Shown here: piece after piece, positions 19,675 to 29,107 of the stretch | Layout of the letters: every line of letters starts with the position of its first letter | Numbering within the stretch: the first letter of the stretch is position 1 | Assembly: GCA_963722105.1 (NCBI GenBank) | Contig: CAVRKQ010000010.1 | Coordinates: 12,291-76,290, forward strand | Direction of reading: 5' to 3' | DNA from: an uncultured Chloroflexia bacterium | Lineage (GTDB): Bacteria; Chloroflexota; Limnocylindria; Limnocylindrales; CSP1-4 | DNA length: 64,000 nucleotides | Notes under the pieces: model-generated | The model's database searches: none | Seen by the model: only the letters and a program-made list of their open reading frames with translations | Told to the model about the DNA's origin: nothing | Position numbers and translations under genes: made by a program

Positions 19675-19849
19675 CGACTCCCCGTGTGCCTGGATCACGC
19701 CGCTTCAGGCACGACCCGAGGGAGATCATACCGGCCGCTCGTTCGGACCCGTCCGCGCCGCAGGTACCGCCGTCGGGGTGACAGGTGTACCGATGGCGCC
19801 GGAACGGGGACGAAAGGGACCCTCTGGTAGGCTCCCGGTCGTGCGGGCC

Positions 19850-20590
19850 ATGTCACGAGTGGAGCGCTTCTTCGAGCGCCTCGTCGAGCGACCCAGCGCT
19901 CGCCTGTTCAAGACCCGGCTCCAGCCCCTCCAGATCCTTCGCAGGATCGAGCGCGCGATGGACGCCGAACGCGGGGCGGAGGGTCGGCCAGGCCTCGTCC
20001 CCGATCAGTTCACCGTCCGTCTTCACCCCGAGGACCTTGCCGCCCTCCTGCCCGCCGACGAGGTTGCCGGCGACCTGGCGTCGGGCGCGCTGACCTTTGC
20101 CAGGGCCCACGGCTACGCCCTTCGGGAACGACCCAGGGTCACGCTCCGACCCGATCCCGGACGGCGACCCGGCGAGGTCGAGATCGAGGCCGTCGTGTCG
20201 CCCGCTCCCGAGCCGATCACGGACGAAGGCTCGGAGGGCGGCACACGCGTCTTCGAGGTGCCCGTCGTTCGAGCCCCGGCGATCACGCTCCAGGTCCGCG
20301 AGCCCGGGCGCGCCATGCGCCGCGTCCCGATGACCGGCGCCCCCGTGCGCATCGGTCGGGCTCCGGAGTGCGAGCTGGTCCTCAAGGACAACCGCGTCTC
20401 GCGCCGCCACGCGCGGCTCGCCGCCCGCGACGGCGTGCTGGTGCTGACGGACCTCGGGTCGACGAACGGGACCCGGGTCAACGGCAACCGGGTGACCGAG
20501 GTCGTGCTCGGGGCAGGGGACAGGGTCCAGATCGGGGAGACCAGCCTCGTGGTCGAGACCGCCGGCACCGAGGCCGAAGCGCGCCCTTAG
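19850..20590 (+). CDS. fhaA: FhaA-like protein (DUF3662 N-terminal domain + C-terminal FHA domain)
   Basis: MSRVERFFERLVERPSARLF is a DUF3662-type N-terminus. FHA core IGRAPECELVLKDNRVSRRHARL...LGSTNGTRVNG. Confidence 0.85.
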   Translation: MSRVERFFERLVERPSARLFKTRLQPLQILRRIERAMDAERGAEGRPGLVPDQFTVRLHPEDLAALLPADEVAGDLASGALTFARAHGYALRERPRVTLRPDPGRRPGEVEIEAVVSPAPEPITDEGSEGGTRVFEVPVVRAPAITLQVREPGRAMRRVPMTGAPVRIGRAPECELVLKDNRVSRRHARLAARDGVLVLTDLGSTNGTRVNGNRVTEVVLGAGDRVQIGETSLVVETAGTEAEARP

Positions 20591-20601
20591 GCCCGCAGCA
20601 C

Positions 20602-21039
20602 ATGGACGCCGCCTTTCTCGCGATCTGGGTTCTCCGCCTCCTGTTCCTTGCGATGCTCTACGCGTTCCTCTACTTCGTGGTGAGGGCGCTGGTCCGGGAC
20701 CTCCGAGCGGCCGCGCGCGAACCGACCACCGAGCTCGGCCGGCTGGTGGTCGTGGCATCGCCGAGCGGCGAGCCGGCCAGCGGCAGCACCTTCGCCCTCG
20801 ACGCGATCACCTCGCTCGGGCGGGACGTCAACAACTCGATCGTCGTCGACGACGAGTTCGTGTCGACCAACCACGCCGCGCTGACCTACCGAGGCCGAGC
20901 CTGGTACGTCGAGGACCTCGGGTCCACGAACGGGACGTTCGTGAACGGCAGCCCGGTCGACGGCCTCTCGCCGATCGCCTTCGGCGACGAGGTCCAGATC
21001 GGACAGGTGCGCCTGCGGCTCGAGCGGGCCCGCGGATGA
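20602..21039 (+). CDS. fhaB: FhaB/FipA-like membrane-anchored FHA-domain protein
   Basis: N-terminal TM (FLAIWVLRLLFLAMLYAFLYFVV) and FHA core LGRDVNNSIVVDDEFVSTNHAAL...LGSTNGTFVNG. ATGA overlap with the next gene. Confidence 0.8.
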   Translation: MDAAFLAIWVLRLLFLAMLYAFLYFVVRALVRDLRAAAREPTTELGRLVVVASPSGEPASGSTFALDAITSLGRDVNNSIVVDDEFVSTNHAALTYRGRAWYVEDLGSTNGTFVNGSPVDGLSPIAFGDEVQIGQVRLRLERARG

Positions 21040-22502
21040 GCAGCGCCGTATCCAGGGCGCCGAGATCCCTGCGCGCGGTCGGTCGCGAGGAGCGCCGGCT
21101 CAGGTTCACGCCGCGGTTCCGCGGTCGCGAGCTCGGGCTGCTGACCATCGTGTCGATGGCGCTCTACGTCGGCGCGATCTCCCTCGGGGCGACCCAGCAG
21201 TTTCGGGCGGCGCTCCGCGAGGGCACCGAGGGCCCGATCAACCTCGTGGCACCGGCGGAGGGCGGGTTGCTCCTCGTCTACATCGGCGCCCTCTTTGCCG
21301 TTCACCTGGCCTTCGTGCTCGCAGGCCGGCGGACCGACCAGCTGCTCCTGCCCGCCGTCGGGATGCTCGGGGGCATCGGGCTGCTGCTCATGATCCGGCT
21401 GCCGCAGGATCTCGCCGGGAGCCTCGGCGGGCTCGCGCAGACGCAGCTGGTCTGGCTGCTCATCGGCCTCGGGATCGTCACCGCCCTCGGGGTCGCCGTC
21501 CGCAACGACGTCTGGTTGCGTCGCTATAAGTACACGTGGGCGGCGGTCGGGGTCGGGCTGCTGCTCCTGGTGTTCCTCTTCGGCAACGAGACCAACGGCG
21601 CTCGGCTGTCGCTGACCATCGGCCCCATCAGCGGCCAGCCGTCCGAGCTCCTGAAGGTGATCCTCGTCGTGTTCCTGGCGGGCTACCTCTCGGAGAACCG
21701 GCCGCTGCTCGTCGAGGAGTCGACCCGGATCGGGCCCATCAGGTTGCCGCCGCTGCCATACCTCGCGCCGATGGTCGCGATGTGGGCGATCGCGCTGGGG
21801 ATCGTCATCGTCCAGCGGGACCTCGGTGCGGCGCTCCTGTTCTTCGCGGTCTTCCTGCTGCTCCTGTACGTGTCGACCGCGCGCGTGAGCTTCGTGGTGC
21901 TGGGGCTGGGCGCGTTCGTGGTCGGCGCGGCGGTCCTGTACTTCCTCTTCGGGCACGTCCGGACCCGCATCGACGTCTGGCTGGACCCGTTCGCGGATCC
22001 CGCGGGCACGGGTTACCAGATCGTCCAGGCGCTCCACGCGTTCGCCCGTGGCGGGCTGATCGGGACGGGGCTGGGCGGCGGGCTGCCGACCATCGCCGGG
22101 CGGCCGCCGATCCCGGCGCTCCACACCGACTTCCCGTTCGCGGCGCTCGGCGAGGAGCTGGGCCTCGTGGGGATCCTCGCGATCCTCGGCCTCTATCTCG
22201 TGCTGGTCCAGCGGGGGCTGCGGATCGCCTCGGCGGCCCAGGACGAGTTCCGGGCGATCCTCGCCGCCGGCCTCTCGCTGGTCATCGGCGTCCAGGCATT
22301 CATCATCGCCGGCGGCAACCTCAAGCTGATCCCGCTCACCGGCATCACCCTGCCGTTCGTCAGCTACGGCGGATCGTCGCTGCTCGCGAACGCCGTGATC
22401 GTCGGGCTGCTGATCGCCCTGTCTGAACGAACCCGTGAGCCCCTGCCGCCACCGCGCCGGACCGGCCGGCTGCGGCGGCTCTTCGACCGGGGCGCGGCGT
22501 GA
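21036..22502 (+). CDS. rodA: SEDS-family peptidoglycan polymerase (FtsW/RodA/SpoVE)
   Basis: Ten or more TM helices, conserved FAALGEELGLVG and PLTGITLPFVSYGGSS motifs, positioned between the fha genes and pbpA. Confidence 0.85.
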   Translation: MSSAVSRAPRSLRAVGREERRLRFTPRFRGRELGLLTIVSMALYVGAISLGATQQFRAALREGTEGPINLVAPAEGGLLLVYIGALFAVHLAFVLAGRRTDQLLLPAVGMLGGIGLLLMIRLPQDLAGSLGGLAQTQLVWLLIGLGIVTALGVAVRNDVWLRRYKYTWAAVGVGLLLLVFLFGNETNGARLSLTIGPISGQPSELLKVILVVFLAGYLSENRPLLVEESTRIGPIRLPPLPYLAPMVAMWAIALGIVIVQRDLGAALLFFAVFLLLLYVSTARVSFVVLGLGAFVVGAAVLYFLFGHVRTRIDVWLDPFADPAGTGYQIVQALHAFARGGLIGTGLGGGLPTIAGRPPIPALHTDFPFAALGEELGLVGILAILGLYLVLVQRGLRIASAAQDEFRAILAAGLSLVIGVQAFIIAGGNLKLIPLTGITLPFVSYGGSSLLANAVIVGLLIALSERTREPLPPPRRTGRLRRLFDRGAA

Positions 22503-24075
22503 CGACGTCGAAGGGCGGCGGGTTGTACGGGCCGCATCGGACGCCGGCGCACGCCCGGCCGGTCGGCGGCTCGCCGCCTTCGTGGGCGGGCCGGCGGATC
22601 GGGATCGGAACGGCCCTGGGTCGCGTCTCGCTGGCGCTCGCCGTGGCCTTCGGCGGCCTCGCGCTCGGGGCCGGATACTGGCAGGTCATCGAGTCGTCCG
22701 ACCCTGAGCAGCTCCGGCGACGATGCCGCCGTCATCGCCGCGGCCCGGAACGTCCGCCGCGGTGAGATCGTCGACCGCGACGGGGAGCGCCTTGCCTTCA
22801 ACCGTCGGGACGACAACGGCGAGCCCTATCGCGTCTATGCCTCGGACTCGCTGTCGCACGTCCTCGGCTACTCGTCGCGGCAGTACGGCACGGCCGGCCT
22901 CGAGAATGCCTGGAACGCCCAGCTGTCCGGCGTCGTCTCGGCCGACCCGCTGCGCCAGCTGGTGCGGAAGTTCCAGGCGGATCCATCGGACCCGCAGGAC
23001 CTCCGGACGACGCTCGTGCTCCGCCTGCAGGCGGCGGCCCTCGATGCCCTGGGCCGCAACCGTGGCGCGGTCGTGCTCATCGACCCGCGGAACGGCGAGG
23101 TCCTGGCGCTCGTGTCCAACCCGACCTTCGACGCTTCGGGCATCGCCAACCCTGCCACCGCGACGGCGACGTTCGACCGCCTCCAGGCCGACGATCGCCA
23201 GCCACTGCTCCCTCGCGCCACCCAGGGGCTGTACGTCCCGGGCTCGGTGTTCAAGATCGTCACCGCCGTCGCCGCGCTCGGCAGTGGCGCCGTCTCCCCG
23301 GACACGACCTACGACGACCAGCCGTCCTCGGAGAACCGCGGCTGGCTGATCGACGGCTTCCGCGTTCGCGACGGCCATCACGACATGACCGGCGACCGGG
23401 CGCTCGACTTCGCGGAGGCCGTCGAGGCCTCCTGCAACATCTGGTTCGCGGAGACGGGAGTCCGCACCGGCGGCGACGTGCTCTCGGACTGGGCCGCCAG
23501 GATGGGCTTCGGGGGCGCGCTGCCGTTCGACCTCCAGACCGCGGCCTCGCAGGTGACCAACGGCGACGGCGACGAGCCGGGCGGCTTCGGGGACCGGGTC
23601 GAGCTCGCGAACGCGGCGTACGGCCAGGGCCAGACGCTCGTCACGCCGCTCCAGATGGCGATGGTCGCCGCCACGATCGCGAACGACGGCAGGCTGATGC
23701 GGCCCCACCTGGTGCTCCAGGCGACGGGCAAGGCCGGCACGACGACGATCAATCCCGAGGTCCAGGACCTGGTCATCGCGCCCGGCGTCGCGTCCGAGAT
23801 CGGGGCGGCGATGCGAGCTGGCGGTGAACGGCGAGATCGGCCGGGTCTTCACGGCCGGCGCCGCGCTCCGGAACATCGTCGTGGCCGGCAAGTCCGGCAC
23901 GGCCGAGCTCGACCCCGGGACCCGGCCCCACTCCTGGTTCATCGGCTTCGCGCCGTATGACGATCCGCAGGTGGCGATCGCCGTCCTCGTCGAGAACTCC
24001 GGCGGTGGCTCGGTCAAGGCCTCGCCCATCGCCGGGGACGTGCTCCGGGCGTGGCGCGCCTGGGCCAACCAGTGA
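22499..24075 (+). pseudogene. pbpA: Class B penicillin-binding protein (PbpA-like transpeptidase), frame interrupted by two +1 shifts near 22703 and 23814 (probably intact in vivo)
   Basis: GTGA overlap with rodA. Three pieces in frames 2, 0, 1: TM anchor ...GAGYWQVIESSD; then LSSSGDDAAVIAAARNV...SVFK (SxxK)...SCN (SxN)...; then LAVNGEIGRVF...KSGTAE (KSG)...FIGFAPYDDPQVAIAVLVENSG. Confidence 0.85.
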
Positions 24076-24299
24076 GCGGGCCCGAGCCCGCGGGCGAGGC
24101 GGGCGACGCCACCGACCAGCCCGGCCGGCCCCTGGTCGAGCGGCTCGGGCTCGGCGTGATCGCGGTGGTCCTGGCGGGCGTCTTCGCGTTCATCGCGACC
24201 GCCGCGTGGACCAGTGGGGAGCTGTTCCTCGCAGTCATGGCGGGGATCGGCGCGCTGATGACCGTGTGGGCCGCCGCCGCCACGCTTCGCCGCGGCTGA
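24072..24299 (+). CDS. Small membrane protein (two TM helices), translationally coupled to pbpA
   Basis: GTG 24072 overlaps the pbpA TGA (GTGA). Sequence LGLGVIAVVLAGVFAFIATAAW...LFLAVMAGIGALMTVWAAAA. Confidence 0.4.
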   Translation: MSGPEPAGEAGDATDQPGRPLVERLGLGVIAVVLAGVFAFIATAAWTSGELFLAVMAGIGALMTVWAAAATLRRG

Positions 24300-24402
24300 C
24301 GTGCGGGAACCTATCTGACGGGCCCGTCGTACCATCCCGTGTCACCACAGAGGGCCGGCTCGTCTCACGTGAGCATGAGCCGTCGAGGGGAGCGCCACCA
24401 AC

Positions 24403-25444
24403 ATGACCTTGATCCAGCAGACCGGGGATCGTGTACTCGCGAACGTCGAGCGCGTGATCGTCGGCAAGCACAGCGAGGTGCGCTTCGCCCTCGTTGCGCT
24501 CCTGTGCCGGGGCCACCTGCTCATCGAGGACGTGCCGGGCACCGGCAAGACGGTCCTCGCCAAGGCGATCGCGAAGAGCCTCGGCTGCTCCTTCCGGCGG
24601 ATCCAGTTCACGCCGGACCTGCTGCCCTCGGACGTGACCGGGCTCTCGATCTACAACCAGAAGACCCAGGAGTTCGAGTTCCGCCCCGGCCCGATCATGG
24701 CCCAGGTCGTCCTCGCCGACGAGATCAACCGGGCCACCCCGAAGACCCAGTCCTCGCTCCTCGAGTGCATGGAGGAGCGGCAGGCCACCGTCGACGGCAC
24801 GACCTACCAGATGCCGGACCCGTTCCTCGTCATCGCCACCCAGAACCCGATCGAGTACGAGGGCACGTTCGCGCTCCCCGAGGCCCAGCTCGACCGGTTC
24901 ATGCTCCGGATCCGCCTGGGCTACCCGCAGCCGTCCGAGGAGGTCGTGATCCTCGACGAGCAGAAGCGCCAGCACCCGATCGACGACCTCGAGGTCGTCT
25001 GCTCCGTCGAGGAGCTCCGGGAGATGCAGAACGCCGTGCGCGACATCTACGTCGACCCGACGGTCGCCGACTACATCGTCCGCCTCGTCAACGGCACCCG
25101 CGACCATGGCGACATCTACCTCGGCGCGTCGCCCCGCGGGTCGATCGCGCTGTACCGCGCCGGCCAGGCGCTGGCGGGCCTGCTCGGCCGCGACTACGTC
25201 ATCCCGGATGACATCAAGGCCCTCGCGGAGGCGGCCCTGGCCCACCGCCTGATCATCAAGACCAGCTCGTCCATCCACGACGTCCAGCCAGCGCAGGTCA
25301 TCCGCGAGCTGCTCGAGTCGACGTCGGTCGGCGCGGTCCGAGAGGCCCCGCGGGCGCGGTCAAGGAGACCGCTGCGCACGCCGGCCCGGTCGCCAGCTGA
25401 GGCCCGATTTTCGAACCAGCCTGATCGGCACCCAGAGCGAGTAA
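24403..25444 (+). CDS. MoxR-family AAA+ ATPase (C-terminal stop reached only after a +1 shift in TTTT 25408-25411)
   Basis: Walker A DVPGTGKT, Walker [37 protein letters not shown]. As sequenced there is no stop before the DUF58 ATG. Dropping one T gives ...[18 protein letters not shown] (25442-25444), 2 nt before the next ATG. Confidence 0.88.
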
Positions 25445-25446
25445 CG

Positions 25447-26707
25447 ATGTTCCGACGATTCCAGCTGTTCCTCCTCGGCGCGATCCTGGTGGTGGCGGCG
25501 TTCTCGACCGGCGAGCCGTTCCTGTTCTACCTCGTCTACCTCGGCGTGCTCGTGATCGGTGGCTCGTACGTGCTGACCCGGCTCGGCCTCGCCGATCTCG
25601 AGGCCGGCTACGCGGTGAACCAGCTGTCCGGTCACGTCGGCGACCGGATCCGCGTCACCTACACCCTTCGGAACACCAGCCGCATCCCCAAGCCCTGGCT
25701 GGAGGTCCACAACCCCACGTCGCTGCCCGCTGGCCTCCCCGGCCGGGCGATCTCGCTGGGCGGGACCACGGAGCGATCGTGGCTCATCCGCACCCCGCTG
25801 ACGCGTCGTGGCCATTTCCGGATCGAGCCGCTCCAGATCCGGACCGGCGACCCGTTCGGGTTCTTCGAATCGTCGGCATCGGTCGGGTCCGGGATCAACG
25901 TGACGGTCTACCCGCGGCTCGAGCCGATCCCGCTGTGGCGCCTGCCCTCGGCCAACCTCGACGGCAGCCAGCAGATGCGAGAGCGGACGCTGCAGTCGAC
26001 GCCGCTCGTCTCCACGGTTCGTCCCTGGGCCCCCGGCGATGCGTTCAACCGGATCCACTGGAAGTCGACGGCCCGCCATGGCGACATCCAGGTCAAGGAG
26101 TTCGACCTCGAGCAGACGGCCGACGCATGGATCATCCTCGACCTCGATCGCAGCGTGCAGCTCGGGCTGGGCGACGAGTCGACGGTCGAGGTCGGCGTCC
26201 GCGCCGCGGCAGCCGTGGCAGACAAGGCCCTCGTGGAGAACCGGGCCGTGGGCATGACGGTCAACGCCCACCGCCTCGCCCAGCTGATGCCCGACCGAGG
26301 TGGCCGCCAGCACCTCAAGGTGATGCAGCTCCTCGCGGCCGTGGAGGGCGATGGCGCGACCTCGATCTCCGAGGCGCTGACCACCGCTGTGCCCCGGATC
26401 CGTCGGGGCATGACCACGGTCGTCATCACGCCCTCGCTGGACCGCGGCTGGGTCAAGCCGCTTGCCACGCTCAGGTCCCGCGGCGTCGCCTGCGTGGTGA
26501 TCACCATGGACGTGCCGTCGTTCGAGCGGCGGGTGCTCGAGGAGGAGCGCCGGAAGGCCGGCTTCCTCGCCGTCGATGAGTCCCTCCCGGAGCCGACCGC
26601 GACCGCGCAGCAGTGGCGTGCCATCCGCCACGCGCTCGCCGAGTTCGACATCCCGGTCTACCGCGTCGGCGCCCACCCAGCCCCTCGGCGAGGCCCTCGC
26701 CTCATGA
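25447..26707 (+). CDS. DUF58-domain protein (MoxR partner; stop reached only after a +1 shift in CCC 26672-26674)
   Basis: Two N-terminal TM helices and the DUF58 core TGDPFGFF...[24 protein letters not shown]. Skipping one C gives [18 protein letters not shown], overlapping the next ATG (ATGA at 26704-26707). Confidence 0.85.
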
Positions 26708-29105
26708 CCGCCGTCACCGCCCCGTCGACCACCGACCTCTCGCCACTCGAGCGGCTCGGCGAGCTGTTCGGGCGCCTTCCGGGCCGCCCACTCGAGGGCT
26801 GGCTGACGCTCCTCGCGGCCGTGGTGATGGTCACCTCCTTCGGCGCCTCGCTCGTGGAGGCCGGCTGGACGCGACGGGACTTCAGCGGCGACAACGGCTA
26901 CCTGCTGTACGTGGGTGCCATCGGGCTGGCCTTCGGGTTCATCGGGTCCAAGGTCGGCTGGGGCCGCTGGCGGACCCACCTCGTGGGGGCGCTGTTCGCG
27001 GGCATCCTCCTGCCGCTGATCATGGGCGGCCTGGTGCTGGAGGCCCGCGGGACCCCGGTCGGCTGGGATCCCTTCGGGCTGGCGGCGCGGATCGCGACGG
27101 CCTGGGTGATCGTCGAGCACGTCTGGCTCGACCTCGCGGTGCTGCGACTGCCGTACACCTTGGAGGAGGGCCACTACCACCTCGTGTTCGGCGCGCTCGT
27201 CTGGGGCGCCGGCATGCTCGCCGGGTTCACGATCTTCGGCCATCGCCGGCCGCTCGATGCCGTCGTCGTCGTCGGTCTCGGTACTGCTCGCGAACATGGC
27301 CCTGACCCAGAACGACCAGCTGGGCATCCTGGTGCTGTTCAGCGCGGCCGCCCTCGCTCCTCCTGATCCGGACCCACGTGTTCGAGGAGGAGGTCACGTG
27401 GGCGCGGCGGAAGATCGGCGACCCCGCCGCCGTCGGCAAGCTGTACCTCAACGGCGGCATGGCCTTCGTGACGGCGGCGGTGCTCGGCTCGATCCTCCTG
27501 ACCACGACCGCGTCCTCGGCGCCCCTCCAGGGGCTCTGGCGCGACCTTCCGAAGCACCTCGCCGGCCTCTCCCAGTTCCTGCAGGCGATCGCTCCGGGCG
27601 GCGGCAACATCCGGCCGATTGGCGCCCCGACGTTCGGCGACCGGGCCACGACGAACGGGGAGTGGAACCCGTCGAGCCAGGTCGCGTTCCAGGCCCAGCT
27701 CCCACCGGGCGAGGACGCCCAGTTCAAGTGGCGCGCGGGCGCCTACTCCCAGTTCGACCTGTACGGCTGGTCGTGGGGCGCGACCTCGGACACCACGGCG
27801 ACCCCGGGCGGCGTGCTCCTCCGGGGGACTGAAGACCAGCCGACGACGGCCGGGCGTCGCGAGATCACCGTCACGATCAGCCCCGAGGCCTACCGCGACG
27901 AGACGATCGTCGGCCCGAACACGATCGCCTCGGTCGATCGCGGGACGATCGCGAAGACCGTCGGGGTCGGTGGCTGGTTCGTCACCGTCGAGTCGACCGA
28001 GGACATCGGGACGTACAGCGTCACGGCGCTGATCCCGGTCTCGCAGGACACGCCGGGCGCCCTGACGGAGGCGCAGCTCCGCACGGCGGGCACCGACTAT
28101 CCGGCCGAGCTGCGCGCCATCTACCTCGCGCTGCCCGACGGCGCGATGGGGCCCGCGTCGCAGGAGCTGCTCCAGACGATCAAGAGCCGGGTGAACGTGC
28201 GCGACGGGTTCGACCCCGACAACCCCTACGACCTCGCCCGGACCATGGAGCGCTACCTCGCCGACGACGCGAACTTCGACTACGACGCGGACGTCAAGCA
28301 GGAGCGGCAGGCCTGCGGGTCGGCCGTCTCGACGGTCGAGTGCTTCGCGATGATCAAGCGCGGCTACTGCGAGTACTACGCCGGGACCATGGCCGTGCTG
28401 CTCCGCGAGAGCGGCGTGCCGGCCCGCGTCGCGTACGGCTTCCTCAGCAATCCCGACAGCCGCGGGCCGGAGAACATCGAGGTCGTCGGCGGCTGGCTGG
28501 CGCACTGGTGGGTCGAGGTCTACTTCCCCGGCTACGGCTGGGTGGAGTTCGATCCCACGGGTGGCAGCGTCGGCCAGCAGGTCCCGCTTCCGTCGGGCTC
28601 GGTCGGGCCGGCGACCCCGCGCCCGAGCCTCGACGTCTCCTCGACTCGCCCGCCCCTTCCGACGGGCGGTGCCGTCCCGACTCCTCCGACGAACGACACC
28701 GGGACCGGGATCGGGCCGTTCATCGCCATCGCCCTGATCCTGCTCGTGGGCGTCGGCGCCCTCGCGTTCGCGGCCTACCGCAGGGCTCCGAACCGGCCGA
28801 TGCACCCCGACCAGGCCTGGGGCTCGCTGGCGGGCCTCGCGGCGCGGTTCGGGCTGGGTCCGCGCCCCTCGCAGACCGTCTACGAATACGCGGGCGCACT
28901 CGGCGACGAGGTGCCGACCGCCCGGGTCGAGCTGACGACGATCGCGCGGGCCAAGGTCGAGGTTGCCTACGGTCGCCGCGACCTTGGGCCGGACCGGCTG
29001 CAGCGGATCGCGCAGGCGTACCACCGCCTGCGGCTCGCGATCATCGGCGTCGTCGTTCGGCGCGGGCTCAACCGGGTTCGCCGCCGCGGCCGGGACCGGA
29101 CCTAA
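26704..29105 (+). pseudogene. Transglutaminase-like (TgpA-type) polytopic membrane protein, frame interrupted by two +1 shifts near 27280 and 27360 (probably intact in vivo)
   Basis: N-terminal TM bundle, then ...VVVVGL | [26 protein letters not shown] | [18 protein letters not shown]... in three successive frames. Transglutaminase core GYCEYYAGT (Cys), AHWWVEVYF (His), VEFDPT (Asp). C-terminal TM. Confidence 0.85.
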
Positions 29106-29107
29106 CC

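Noticed and set aside
17590-19830. 746-aa plus-strand ORF and companions (17997-19226, 18099-19274, 19145-19729) over the coiled-coil gene
   Set aside because: These are alternate-frame or antisense readings of the GCN/GAG repeat (poly-Arg/Pro/Gly/Leu strings). Only the minus-strand frame with Zn-ribbon termini and a consistent Ala/Glu/Arg heptad-like pattern looks like protein.
24403-27366. Genuine MoxR-DUF58-transglutaminase fusion protein of 987 aa
   Set aside because: Authentic stop codons with classical 2-nt-gap and ATGA-overlap junctions appear one frame over, after single-base homopolymer corrections. The inter-domain linkers in the nominal frame lose third-position GC bias. I treat this as three genes.
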